A program made the translations under genes and the position numbers. Below, one piece after another: positions 7,148-16,496 of a stretch of 64,000 nucleotides of DNA. This stretch comes from Candidatus Omnitrophota bacterium (GTDB lineage: Bacteria > Omnitrophota > Gorgyraeia > Gygaellales > Profunditerraquicolaceae). Within the stretch, counting starts at the first letter, position 1. Each line of letters begins with the position of its first letter. The DNA is taken from contig JBFZAT010000059.1 of NCBI GenBank assembly GCA_041308845.1, positions 3,378 through 67,377 on the forward strand, given 5' to 3'. The notes under the pieces are model-generated. The model saw only the letters and a program-made list of their open reading frames with translations. It did no database searches and was not told where the DNA came from.

Positions 7148-9298
7148 ATGTCTAAAAAAATCGATTTGCAGTTAGCCGAAGTATTGGTGGAAAAGAAATT
7201 GATTAACCGGGAGGATATCGGAAAATTTTTACAGGAAGCCGCAACGCTCAGCCATGATTTAAAACAGGTTTTAATCAAGCACAATTTGTTTTCTGAAAAA
7301 GAACTGCTGGATATCTTGGCCGAGAAGCTAAAATTAAGCTGCGTTAACCTTAAGGAGCTGCTGATTGATAAATCGATTATTACTAAAGTTCCTTTGAAGA
7401 TCGCTTCTTATTATAAATTTATTCCTTTGGCGCTGCGCGGCCGGACACTGACGATTGCCGTGGCTTATCCTTTAGACATTCAGACCTTGGATGAAATTAG
7501 GACTCAGCTGGGTCTGGACCTGGAGATGTCTTTGGCCTGCTCGGCGGATGTTTTAGATGATTTAAAGAAATATTACGGTTTGGCCGCCGATACCCTGGAA
7601 AAAATAAGCTCCCAGAGTCCTGCGGGGAACTTTAGCGAACAGACTAAAGTGCAAGAAGGAGTGGAAGATATTGAAAAACAGGCCACGGATGCTTCAGTGA
7701 TTAAATTAGTTAACCAGATAATTCTAGAGGGTTGGCGGAAACGGGCTACCGATATCCATATTGAGCCTTATCGCCAAGGCTTATCTTTACGCTACCGGAT
7801 TGACGGTTTACTTTACGATGCTAATGTGCCAGGGGAAATAAAAAATTTTCTTAATGCCATTGTTTCCCGGATTAAAATCATGTCGAACCTGAATATCGTT
7901 GAACGCCGCCTGCCCCAGGACGGCCGGGCGATTGTTAGGGTCCAAGATCAGGTCTTAGACCTGCGTATTTCCACTATTCCTACTCCTTTTGGAGAAAGCT
8001 TGGTGATCAGAATTCTGCCTACCCAGATGCTCTTTAGCCTGGAGAAACTGGGTTTAGCCAAGAGTGAATTGCAGATCTTTGAAAAATTAGTTCAGAAGCC
8101 GCACGGTATAATATTCGTTACCGGCCCCACTGGCAGCGGTAAGACGACCACCCTTTATTCTTGCCTGACCAGGATTAACACCAAAGACCGTAAAATTATT
8201 ACCATCGAAGACCCGATCGAATATGAGATGAGCGGGATTACGCAGATCCAGGTAATGCCGGAGATCGGGCTGGATTTTGCCCGCGGCCTGCGCAGCATTT
8301 TAAGGCATGATCCGGATGTAATTATGGTGGGAGAAGTAAGGGATTTTGAAACTGCTGAAACAGCCATCCGGGTGGCTTTAACCGGGCATTTAGTATTTTC
8401 TTCTTTACATACTAACGATGCCGCCAGCGGAATCGCCCGCCTGCAGGATATCGGAGTAGAACCTTACTTGATTGCTTCTAGCGTGGAGGCTTTTATTGCT
8501 CAACGTTTGATCCGGGTGATTTGTCCGGAATGCCGTTTTGAAGATAAAAATGCGCCTTTAGAATTAAGGGAGTTGATTGCTAAAGATTTGGGAATTAAAT
8601 TAGAAGAGGTAAAAATATTCCGGGGTAAAGGTTGTGCCCATTGTAACGCTACCGGGTTTTTTGGCCGTACGGCTATCTACGAAATCCTAATCGTCGATGA
8701 TCTAACTAAGGAGATGATTTTAAAGAAAGCTTCTTCGGATCAAATTAAAAGGCTGGCTTTATCCAAAGGCATGCGGACTTTGCGCCAGGACGGTTGGAAA
8801 AAAACGATCAGCGGGATTACTACTTTTGAAGAAGTAATCCGGGTAACTTCGGCTCAACAGGAGGATCTTTTGGTCAAAGAGACTCCGGCTCAAGAGCGCG
8901 GATATACTAAATCGGAGCTGCCGCCGCAGCCGGAAGGATCAAATAAACGTATTTATCAACGTTTAGATAATAAAGTTAAAGTGCGCTATAAAGTTTTTGA
9001 AACCGAAAAAGAATTGATTAAGCGTAAAGAAATCACTGAGGAAATCAGCGCGACAAAAAATATTTCTGCCGGAGGTTTACTTTTTATTGCTCAGGAGCAG
9101 TTAACTATAGGTGCAATATTAGAGCTTAAGATTCAATTACCTAGCAGCCAGGAGTTGGTTGAATGCTTAGCCAGGGTGACTAGGGTGGAGGAAATGCTTG
9201 AGCCGGGAGAATATGATATTGCAGTTTGTTTCCTGGATTTAACCAGCGCTGATAGGATTAGATTAGATAAATTCGTGAAGCTAGAAAGCGGAGGTTAA
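7148..9298 (+). CDS. gspE: Type II secretion / type IV pilus assembly ATPase (GspE/PilB family) with an N-terminal T2SSE_N/MshEN-like domain and a C-terminal PilZ domain
   Basis: Walker A is GPTGSGKTTT. The tetracysteine motif is CPEC...CAHC. The C-terminal ~140 aa carry RIYQR (RxxxR) and NISAGGLLF ((D/N)xSxGG), which are PilZ c-di-GMP-binding signatures. Confidence 0.8.
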   Translation: MSKKIDLQLAEVLVEKKLINREDIGKFLQEAATLSHDLKQVLIKHNLFSEKELLDILAEKLKLSCVNLKELLIDKSIITKVPLKIASYYKFIPLALRGRTLTIAVAYPLDIQTLDEIRTQLGLDLEMSLACSADVLDDLKKYYGLAADTLEKISSQSPAGNFSEQTKVQEGVEDIEKQATDASVIKLVNQIILEGWRKRATDIHIEPYRQGLSLRYRIDGLLYDANVPGEIKNFLNAIVSRIKIMSNLNIVERRLPQDGRAIVRVQDQVLDLRISTIPTPFGESLVIRILPTQMLFSLEKLGLAKSELQIFEKLVQKPHGIIFVTGPTGSGKTTTLYSCLTRINTKDRKIITIEDPIEYEMSGITQIQVMPEIGLDFARGLRSILRHDPDVIMVGEVRDFETAETAIRVALTGHLVFSSLHTNDAASGIARLQDIGVEPYLIASSVEAFIAQRLIRVICPECRFEDKNAPLELRELIAKDLGIKLEEVKIFRGKGCAHCNATGFFGRTAIYEILIVDDLTKEMILKKASSDQIKRLALSKGMRTLRQDGWKKTISGITTFEEVIRVTSAQQEDLLVKETPAQERGYTKSELPPQPEGSNKRIYQRLDNKVKVRYKVFETEKELIKRKEITEEISATKNISAGGLLFIAQEQLTIGAILELKIQLPSSQELVECLARVTRVEEMLEPGEYDIAVCFLDLTSADRIRLDKFVKLESGG

Positions 9299-9303
9299 AG
9301 TTA

Positions 9304-10521
9304 ATGGTAAAGTATAATTATCGGGCCAAGAAAGGGCTCCAGGAGATAGTCAGCGGTACGATAGAAGCTGCTTCGGAAAAAGAGGCCATTGAAAAAATCA
9401 GTGCTTTAGGGTATCTGCCCGTGCACCTGGAAGAGAATAAGGGTCCTGCTCAGGCCTCGATTTTAACCACGCCTAAATCTTACGGCAGGATAGGTTCCGG
9501 TCAGATTACTATTTTTAGCCGGCAGTTGGCCAGCCTTTTAAAATCCGGGGTTCCGATATTATCCGCGATAAATATTATTAAAGAACAATCGGAAAACATG
9601 AATTTAAAAGCGGTGCTGGTTGATATCTATAATGAGATTAAGAATGGAGGTACTTTTTCGTCTTCCCTGGAGGCTCACCCCAAATATTTTTCTGTTTTGT
9701 ACGTAGCGATGGTGCGCACCGGGGAGAATAGCGGAGCTTTAGCTGGTTCGCTTTTAAGGATTGCGGATTACCGGGCTAAACAAGAAGAATTGCTTTCGCG
9801 TTTGCGCATGGCGATGGCTTATCCGCTACTTATGGCTTTAGTCGGAGTGGCTACGGTGGTATTTATGCTTACTTTTGTGATGCCTAGGTTAATGGGGATA
9901 TTTTCTAGTCTGGGCCAGAATCTCCCGCTGCCGACTAAGATTTTATTGGCTATCAGCCAAGGTCTGCGCCAGTGGTGGCCGGGAATAATCTTAAGTCTGG
10001 GGGTAGTGGTTTTTTTGATCAAACAGCAGTTAAAAACTAAAATTGGTAAAATTTCCTGGAGCATTCTAAAATTGCATATACCGATTTTTGGGAAATTCGT
10101 GTTAAAAGCGGATCTGGCTTGTTTTAGCCGGACTTTAGAGCTGTTAATTAAAAGCGGCCTGCCGATACTTAGGGCGCTGCAGATATCCGTTCAGGTATTA
10201 AGCAATGAAGTGATCAAGGAAAAGTTAATTAAAAGCCATCGTGATCTGGAACAGGGGGGATCTTTTGGCCAGAGCATGAAAGATTCTAAATTGCTGCCTT
10301 TGTTTATGGTGAACTTAATCAGCGTCGGCGAAGAATCCGGTAACCTGGCTGCGGCCTTAGGAGAAGTAGCGGATTGCTATGAACGTGATACCGATGAAAC
10401 CGTCAGGATAATGAGCAGCTTACTTGAACCACTAATGATCTTGGTTATGGGTTTAATCGTGGGTTTTATTGTGGTAGCCATGTTATTGCCGATATTTGAA
10501 ATTAACATGATGGCTAAATAA
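9304..10521 (+). CDS. gspF: T2SS/T4P inner-membrane platform protein (GspF/PilC family)
   Basis: It has the duplicated T2SSF-like architecture, 405 aa, three TM segments, and sits immediately downstream of the ATPase. Confidence 0.75.
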   Translation: MVKYNYRAKKGLQEIVSGTIEAASEKEAIEKISALGYLPVHLEENKGPAQASILTTPKSYGRIGSGQITIFSRQLASLLKSGVPILSAINIIKEQSENMNLKAVLVDIYNEIKNGGTFSSSLEAHPKYFSVLYVAMVRTGENSGALAGSLLRIADYRAKQEELLSRLRMAMAYPLLMALVGVATVVFMLTFVMPRLMGIFSSLGQNLPLPTKILLAISQGLRQWWPGIILSLGVVVFLIKQQLKTKIGKISWSILKLHIPIFGKFVLKADLACFSRTLELLIKSGLPILRALQISVQVLSNEVIKEKLIKSHRDLEQGGSFGQSMKDSKLLPLFMVNLISVGEESGNLAAALGEVADCYERDTDETVRIMSSLLEPLMILVMGLIVGFIVVAMLLPIFEINMMAK

Positions 10522-10526
10522 ATCCT

Positions 10527-11387
10527 ATGACGAATATAAGAATGAAGCTATTTTTAGTTATTTTATTGGGTCTATGTTCTTTGGCCGCCGGTTACCCCGG
10601 GAACTGGTCAGAGAAAAAAAGCGAGCATTTTATCGTCTATTTCACCCAGGATGAAAAGTTCGCCCAGGATGTATTGCATAGAGCAGAGCAGGATTACCGC
10701 CGTATCGCTCACGATTTAGGGTATGCGCGGTATTCGGAATTTTGGACCTGGGATAAAAGAGTGAAAATTTACATCTATCCAGAGCGGAATGCTTTCTTAA
10801 AAGCGACCAACCAACCTTCTTGGTCAGAAGGGATGGCTGATTATACCAATAAGCATATCGTCAGCTATGCCTGGGGCAAAGGGTTTGTAGAGTCGCTTCT
10901 ACCGCATGAGATTGCGCATTTAGTTTTCCGCGATTTTGTAGGCTTTAAGGGAGAGATTCCTCTTTGGCTGGATGAAGGTGTAGCGCAGTGGGCCGAAGAA
11001 GCTAAACGTAAGGAGATTAAGAGCCTGATACAGCGATATTTTCAGCAGGATAATTTACTTTTAGTGAGCGATATCATGAAACTGAATATTGAGAATCTTA
11101 AAGGTAAACAGGGGTTATTGATCCGGGCCACCCGGACCAAAGACGATAAAGACGGAGTACTTTTCTTAAGCGCTAACAATTTAATCGAAATTTATTATCT
11201 TCAATCTGTTTCGCTGGTGGGTTATTTAATTGAGAAATTCGGCTCTACCGCTTTTTCCGGGTTTTGCCGTGAACTACGCGATGGGCGCAGCGTAGAGGAA
11301 GCTTTGAGGGTTGCCTATCCTTTACGCATCCGTGATATTAAAGAGTTCGAGGATGGCTGGAGGGAATATTTAAAGACAGGTAATTGA
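10527..11387 (+). CDS. Secreted putative zinc metallopeptidase, MA clan (Peptidase_MA_2-like)
   Basis: It has a signal peptide, HEIAH (HExxH) and a downstream WLDEGVAQW (third-ligand Glu in the WxxEGxAxY/W context). It is embedded between gspF and gspG. Confidence 0.45.
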   Translation: MTNIRMKLFLVILLGLCSLAAGYPGNWSEKKSEHFIVYFTQDEKFAQDVLHRAEQDYRRIAHDLGYARYSEFWTWDKRVKIYIYPERNAFLKATNQPSWSEGMADYTNKHIVSYAWGKGFVESLLPHEIAHLVFRDFVGFKGEIPLWLDEGVAQWAEEAKRKEIKSLIQRYFQQDNLLLVSDIMKLNIENLKGKQGLLIRATRTKDDKDGVLFLSANNLIEIYYLQSVSLVGYLIEKFGSTAFSGFCRELRDGRSVEEALRVAYPLRIRDIKEFEDGWREYLKTGN

Positions 11388-11402
11388 GTAATTGAAGAAA
11401 GG

Positions 11403-11834
11403 ATGATCATGAATAAAGCGCAAAAAGGTAGAGTTCAATCAAATGGTTTTACGCTGATCGAATTAATGTTGGTAGTGGTAATTATCGGGGCATTGGTAGC
11501 GATGGTCATGCCTAGGCTTACCGGTAGAGGAGAACAGGCCCGGGTGGCAGCAGCTAGCGCGGATATTAATGCTAATATTGCTACTGCTTTAAAACTTTAC
11601 GAATTGGATAATGGCAATTTTCCCAGTTCCTCTGAAGGGTTAAAGGCTTTATTAGTTAAACCTTCATCAGTGAAGAATTGGAATGGGCCTTATTTAGAAA
11701 GAAAACCGGTTGATCCTTGGGGCCGGGAATATGAATATAAATCTCCGGGTGAGCATCGCAAAGCCGATTATGATTTATACTCTTTAGGTAAGGATGGGGT
11801 AGAGAGTGTTGATGATGTTACAAACTGGGAATAA
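11403..11834 (+). CDS. gspG: T2SS major pseudopilin GspG
   Basis: It has the prepilin leader SNG|FTLIELMLVVVIIG and the GspG C-terminal signature NWNGPY...DPWGREYEYKSPG...DYDLYSLGKDG. Confidence 0.85.
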   Translation: MIMNKAQKGRVQSNGFTLIELMLVVVIIGALVAMVMPRLTGRGEQARVAAASADINANIATALKLYELDNGNFPSSSEGLKALLVKPSSVKNWNGPYLERKPVDPWGREYEYKSPGEHRKADYDLYSLGKDGVESVDDVTNWE

Positions 11835-12228
11835 GGCAAGCATAAAGAGTCCTGTTAGAGGCTTTAGTCTGCTGGAGGTGATGATTGCCGCAGCGGTGCT
11901 GGCTTTGGGGGCGACATTAATTTATCAGTCTTTTTTTACCGCGGTTGATTCTTTTAATTATTATTCCGCTCTTTTAAAAATAACCCCTTGGATGGATGAG
12001 CAGATTTGGCAAGCCCAGAATGAGCTTAGCCGTCCGGGTTCAGGAGCTAATCTGCCCTCCGGCGGTCGGCTGGAAATTAATAATAAGGTTGTGGATTGGA
12101 GTTTAACTTACCATGCTCTAGATCAATCTATGAACCTTTACCAGATTGACTTGGCTCTTTTCTGGCCGCAAGGGGCCAGGCAAGTCAAATTATCGAGATC
12201 CGCTTATGCGATTCATACGCAAGAATAA
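11806..12228 (+). CDS. Minor pseudopilin (GspH/GspI-like)
   Basis: It has the prepilin-type N-terminus RG|FSLLEVMIAAAVLALG and is of small size. Confidence 0.55.
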   Translation: MLMMLQTGNKASIKSPVRGFSLLEVMIAAAVLALGATLIYQSFFTAVDSFNYYSALLKITPWMDEQIWQAQNELSRPGSGANLPSGGRLEINNKVVDWSLTYHALDQSMNLYQIDLALFWPQGARQVKLSRSAYAIHTQE

Positions 12229-12790
12229 TTCAGGTTTTAGTCTGGTTGAGCTTCTGGTAGTCATGGTTATGCTCAGCGTAATTTCTTTAGCTATCTATTC
12301 AACCTTTAATAATGGTTTTAAAATATGGCAAAAGGTTAATCAGCCTTTAGAGCAGCAAGATTTGGGTATTTTCTTTGATAAGTTGGCTCAAGATTTAAGC
12401 AACTGCTTGCATTCTGCCAATATCCCTTTTTCCGGTAGCCTGAATACCCTGACTATACCGACCTTAGTTTTTAGCCCGCGCTTAAAGATAAAAAGTTTAG
12501 GTTCGGTAGATTATTTTTACGATCCGCAAGCCGGATTTGTGTATCGTCAAACTAAGGATTTCAGCCAGCTTTATAACCGGCAACAAGAGAGTCCGGTGCT
12601 CCTATTAAAGGAGATTAGATTTTTTAGATTTGAATATTATTACTTTGACGCAGAGAAACAAACTTATTTGTGGCAAGAAGAATGGTTAAGCACGGGTTTA
12701 CCTCTGGCGGTTAGGGTAGTGCTAGGTTTTAATGATTCCGATGAGAATAACCAATTTATCCGGACAATCAGTGTTCCGATCGGCGCTTAA
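12206..12790 (+). CDS. Minor pseudopilin (GspJ-like)
   Basis: It has the prepilin-type N-terminus NSG|FSLVELLVVMVMLS, reached from the internal ATG at 12206. The listed ORF start at 12146 is probably too far upstream. Confidence 0.55.
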   Translation: MRFIRKNNSGFSLVELLVVMVMLSVISLAIYSTFNNGFKIWQKVNQPLEQQDLGIFFDKLAQDLSNCLHSANIPFSGSLNTLTIPTLVFSPRLKIKSLGSVDYFYDPQAGFVYRQTKDFSQLYNRQQESPVLLLKEIRFFRFEYYYFDAEKQTYLWQEEWLSTGLPLAVRVVLGFNDSDENNQFIRTISVPIGA

Positions 12791-13784
12791 GTCCAAAGGA
12801 AGTATTTTAATTCTGGCTTTATGGTCGCTTTGTTTATTATCGGCGTTTGCCGTTATTTTAAATTATCAAATTCGCCAAGCGCTGGTTTTAGCCAGCCGGA
12901 TTGATCAGAAAGATAAAATGCGCTGGATTGCCGCTGCCGGGGTAGCTAAGGTTATGGCGGAATTAAAGCATAGCCCAGCGCAGACCTACGATTATTTAGC
13001 TGACCCCTGGAGTAATAATCCTGCCGCTTTCCGGGATATTCCGGTAGGAGACGGCGAATTTACCCTAGAATATTTTTATCCAGATACCTACTCTGCTGTT
13101 GCCCAAGCAGGTTACGGTTGTGTGGATGAAGAACGTAAGCTTAATATTAATCAGGTTGAGCCGGAAGTTTTAACCCGTTTTTTCCGGGTAGTTTTATCGG
13201 TTGATGAATCGCTGGCTCAAGAATTAGCCGCTTGCATTGTGGATTGGAGGGATGCAGATAGCCAGCTTTCTATTCCTACCGGGAGTGCGGAATATTTTTA
13301 TTATAGCAGCCTGCCTTTTTCTTATCCGGCTAAAAATGCCGATTTTGAGGTTCTAGAGGAGTTGTTGCTGGTTAAAGGTTTTAGCGAGAATGTTTTTGAA
13401 AAAATAAAAGACTATGTTACTATTTATGGATCCGGCCGGGTGAATATTAATACCACTACGCAGGTTATCTTATTTGCCCTGGGGTTAGATGAAGATTTGG
13501 CGGCCAAGATTATTTTATACCGCATGGGTCCGGACGGATTGGGCCAGACACCGGATGATAACGTTTTTGTTTCTCAATCGGAGATTGTGCCCAAGTTAAG
13601 TCAATTTTATGCTTTCAGTTCTGCACAGATTGATCAGTTGAATCGGATAGTTTCTCAGTATATCGCGGTTGGCTCCAATAACTTTTTGATTAAGTCTACG
13701 GCTAAATTGTCCGGAAAGAATACTTTAACTGTATTTAGTGTAGTTAATCGAGATGGCAAAGTTCTTTACTGGCGGGAAAATTGA
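12732..13784 (+). CDS. gspK: T2SS minor pseudopilin GspK-like
   Basis: It has a hydrophobic N-terminal segment, 350 aa, a GRVNINTTT (xNxNTA-like) motif and a helix-hairpin-helix-like region typical of GspK. Confidence 0.55.
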   Translation: MIPMRITNLSGQSVFRSALKSKGSILILALWSLCLLSAFAVILNYQIRQALVLASRIDQKDKMRWIAAAGVAKVMAELKHSPAQTYDYLADPWSNNPAAFRDIPVGDGEFTLEYFYPDTYSAVAQAGYGCVDEERKLNINQVEPEVLTRFFRVVLSVDESLAQELAACIVDWRDADSQLSIPTGSAEYFYYSSLPFSYPAKNADFEVLEELLLVKGFSENVFEKIKDYVTIYGSGRVNINTTTQVILFALGLDEDLAAKIILYRMGPDGLGQTPDDNVFVSQSEIVPKLSQFYAFSSAQIDQLNRIVSQYIAVGSNNFLIKSTAKLSGKNTLTVFSVVNRDGKVLYWREN

Positions 13785-13787
13785 TAA

Positions 13788-15269
13788 ATGTTTAAAATTA
13801 AAATGAAAAAGTTTAAATTTTTTTCCAGGCTTGCCCACCAGGAAATGGTCGGGGTTAATCTCAGCGGGAATAATTTAAAAATCTCTCATCTAAAGATTTC
13901 TCCGAACAAGAAAGAGGTAGTTAATCTTTTGAATTTAGATATTACCGCGCTTAACGATATTGAGATCGCTAAAAAAATCCAGGTAGCTATCGGGGCTCTC
14001 CGGGGTAAAGCGGTGGAGATTATTGATTTGCTTCCTACGCATTTGGTAATTACCAAAAATATCGAAGTTCCTTCTATCGAAAAAAAAGAGATTAAGGAGA
14101 TTCTCAACCTGCAGGCCGGCCGGCATACTCCTTATTCCCGAGAAGAAATAATCGTAGATTATGTTGAAATCGGTACCTATAAAAATAGCTATACTAAGGT
14201 ACTTTTAGTGATTGTGGCTCGCAGCGTTGTTAAGCGGCATTATGAAATATTGGAACGGGCAGGTTTTAGGCTTAAGCAGGCTCTTCTGGCTTCGGAAGGA
14301 ATGGCTTTGGCTGTTTTTAAAACTTTAAGGCTGGAGAATGAAAGCGCGCCGGTCAACATTCTGCATGTTGATGAAAACTTTACGGATTTTAGCGTCGTTT
14401 TTAAAAACCGGGTTATTTTTATCCGTTCTATCCCGATCGGGGCCTCTCAGCTCAAACAAGAAAAAGAAGTTTACCAGCTGAAGTTTATCGACGAGCTTAA
14501 AAGATCGTTGGAGGCTTATTTAGGCGGAGATATTGAAATCAGCCCGAATATGCTTATTTTAACCGGAGCCGAGGACGGCCTGAAAGAAATTGAAACTTTG
14601 CTTAACAGCACAATGCATTTACCGATTAAAACCTTGTCGTATTCCGGTATGTTTAATATTTCAGAGCTAGCCCGCGGAGCAATGTTTAAATCCCGGCAAA
14701 TATCTTTTTTTGATGTAATTGCTCCGCTTTTAAACTGTCCGGAGCTCAAGATTGATCTGGTGCCGGAGGAAGCCCGGGTGCGCCGCTCACTTGAGGAAAG
14801 AGGCAAAGATTTGATTAAAACCGGTATTTTTATCTTAAGTATTTTTATTATTGTTTTCTTTATTCTAGCCAGTAAAATCTATTTCCATGGTGTTCAGCTA
14901 AACAGGTTAGAACGTAAATATTCTACGGTTAACCGGGAAGCCAAAGAGCTAGAGAAAGACCTGGTTAAAATAGGGTTGGTGAAGAATTATCTGACTAATC
15001 GGGGCTATTCTTTAGAAATTTTGACTCAGTTACACGGTTTAGTTTCTGCTGATATTGAGTTGAGCGAAATTCGCTATGACCTAGATAAATTCTCCATTAA
15101 AGGTTCGGCGGATGCCATGAGTTCGGTTTTTTCATTTGTCGACCGGCTGGAAAAGTCCGAATATTTCAAGGAGGTTAAAACCCGCTATACCACTAAGCGC
15201 AAAGACGGTTTGAGGGATTTAACGGATTTCGAAATTATTACTTTGACCGAAAGGCCTAAGGATCGATGA
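13788..15269 (+). CDS. GspL-like protein: a PilM-type actin-like cytoplasmic domain, a TM helix, and a PilN-like periplasmic domain
   Basis: The N-terminal ~350 aa resemble PilM. A single TM helix follows (IFILSIFIIVFFILA), then a ~120-aa periplasmic segment. Confidence 0.6.
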   Translation: MFKIKMKKFKFFSRLAHQEMVGVNLSGNNLKISHLKISPNKKEVVNLLNLDITALNDIEIAKKIQVAIGALRGKAVEIIDLLPTHLVITKNIEVPSIEKKEIKEILNLQAGRHTPYSREEIIVDYVEIGTYKNSYTKVLLVIVARSVVKRHYEILERAGFRLKQALLASEGMALAVFKTLRLENESAPVNILHVDENFTDFSVVFKNRVIFIRSIPIGASQLKQEKEVYQLKFIDELKRSLEAYLGGDIEISPNMLILTGAEDGLKEIETLLNSTMHLPIKTLSYSGMFNISELARGAMFKSRQISFFDVIAPLLNCPELKIDLVPEEARVRRSLEERGKDLIKTGIFILSIFIIVFFILASKIYFHGVQLNRLERKYSTVNREAKELEKDLVKIGLVKNYLTNRGYSLEILTQLHGLVSADIELSEIRYDLDKFSIKGSADAMSSVFSFVDRLEKSEYFKEVKTRYTTKRKDGLRDLTDFEIITLTERPKDR

Positions 15270-15832
15270 AGCTGCCTAATTTACAGTTTTTACAGGTATT
15301 TGTAGGGAAGTTATCTAAAAAAGACCGTTTGATTTTTTACCTTACGGTTTTTATGGTTTCATTATTGATTTTAGACCGGGCAATTGTTTCTCCCGTTTTT
15401 TCTAAAATCAAATCCTTAAATAATCAGGTCCGCGATAAGCAGGCCGAGATTAAAAAAAATTTACGGCTGCTAGCGCAGAAAGACAGAATTATTACCGGAA
15501 GTGTTAAATACAGCTCTTTTTTAGGTGATGCCCGGCTGAGCGATGACCAGCAGGTCACTTTAGTACTGAAAGAATTGGAAAGTCTAGCTAGCAAGAGTTC
15601 GGTATATTTAGTAGATATGAAACCGGCGGGGGTCAAAACATCGGGTTCTTCAAAAATAATCATGATCAATCTGAATTGTGAAGCCCAAATGGAGCAGTTG
15701 GTGAATTTTATGTATAATCTAGAGAATTCCAATAGTTTGATTTCGATAGAGAAATATCAACTGGTTCCTAAAACCAGAGAATCCAGCGTAGCTAAATGCA
15801 GCATATCTGTGTATAAGATCGTAGCGCTATAA
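15266..15832 (+). CDS. GspM/PilO-like bitopic membrane protein
   Basis: It has an N-proximal TM helix, is 188 aa, and its position after the GspL-like gene matches canonical T2SS order. Confidence 0.45.
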   Translation: MKLPNLQFLQVFVGKLSKKDRLIFYLTVFMVSLLILDRAIVSPVFSKIKSLNNQVRDKQAEIKKNLRLLAQKDRIITGSVKYSSFLGDARLSDDQQVTLVLKELESLASKSSVYLVDMKPAGVKTSGSSKIIMINLNCEAQMEQLVNFMYNLENSNSLISIEKYQLVPKTRESSVAKCSISVYKIVAL

Positions 15833-15880
15833 TTTCTAGGTGGATTAGCGATAGAGGGTGAAAAAGAAAGGGGTGAGTAG

Positions 15881-16354
15881 ATGAAAAGGATATTTTTATT
15901 GGCGTTGAGTTTAGTCCTCTTGTGGAGTTTTACCGCGCAGGCCTTAGAAACTACATTGATCGACGTGCGTAACGAAATACTAAAGAATGCCCAGGGGATA
16001 AAACCTTACTTTGAGAAATCTCGGGACCCGCTTTTATTAAATAGTTTGTGGGGTTCTTCGATTATGGCGGTTTCACAATTAGACGCTTATTTTTCGATGT
16101 TGGGGATCATAAACGGCATTAAAAATGAAGATTTACAAACAGCCCAGATTGGTTATTTGGTCAGTTGGCTGAACCAAATTAAAGATACAACGGAATTAAA
16201 TATTAAAAGTTTAGAGGCGATTAAATCGACTAGTGATGCCCGTAGCCGGGCGATGGCTTTAAAGTTAAGGGACATTTTTAATAATTTAAAAACCCGGGTA
16301 GTTAAAGAGCTGGGGACGGTTACGCAGCTGCAGCAGTCGCAGGCTAAGAACTAA
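15881..16354 (+). CDS. Small secreted/periplasmic helical protein of unknown function, last gene of the T2SS-like cluster
   Basis: It has a signal peptide (LALSLVLLWSFTAQA), no recognisable motifs, and is followed by a terminator. Confidence 0.4.
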   Translation: MKRIFLLALSLVLLWSFTAQALETTLIDVRNEILKNAQGIKPYFEKSRDPLLLNSLWGSSIMAVSQLDAYFSMLGIINGIKNEDLQTAQIGYLVSWLNQIKDTTELNIKSLEAIKSTSDARSRAMALKLRDIFNNLKTRVVKELGTVTQLQQSQAKN

Positions 16355-16400
16355 GCCGGAAAAATTTTAAAAGCGCTAAATCTTAAATACTCAAAATCAC

Positions 16401-16434
16401 CAGCTCTATTTTATTTAAATAGGGCTGTTTTTTT
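16401..16434 (+). terminator. Rho-independent terminator after the T2SS-like cluster
   Basis: An inverted repeat, cagctctattt...aaatagggctg, is followed by TTTTTTT. Confidence 0.6.
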
Positions 16435-16445
16435 ACCTTTATCTG

Positions 16446-16475
16446 TTGGAAGATCCGGGGGTTTTGCGGTATAAT
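16446..16475 (+). promoter_or_regulatory. Putative sigma70-type promoter for purU
   Basis: TTGGAA, an 18-nt spacer, then TATAAT, lying ~20 nt upstream of the purU RBS. Confidence 0.35.
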
Positions 16476-16496
16476 AATTTATCCAAAGGGGGGAGT

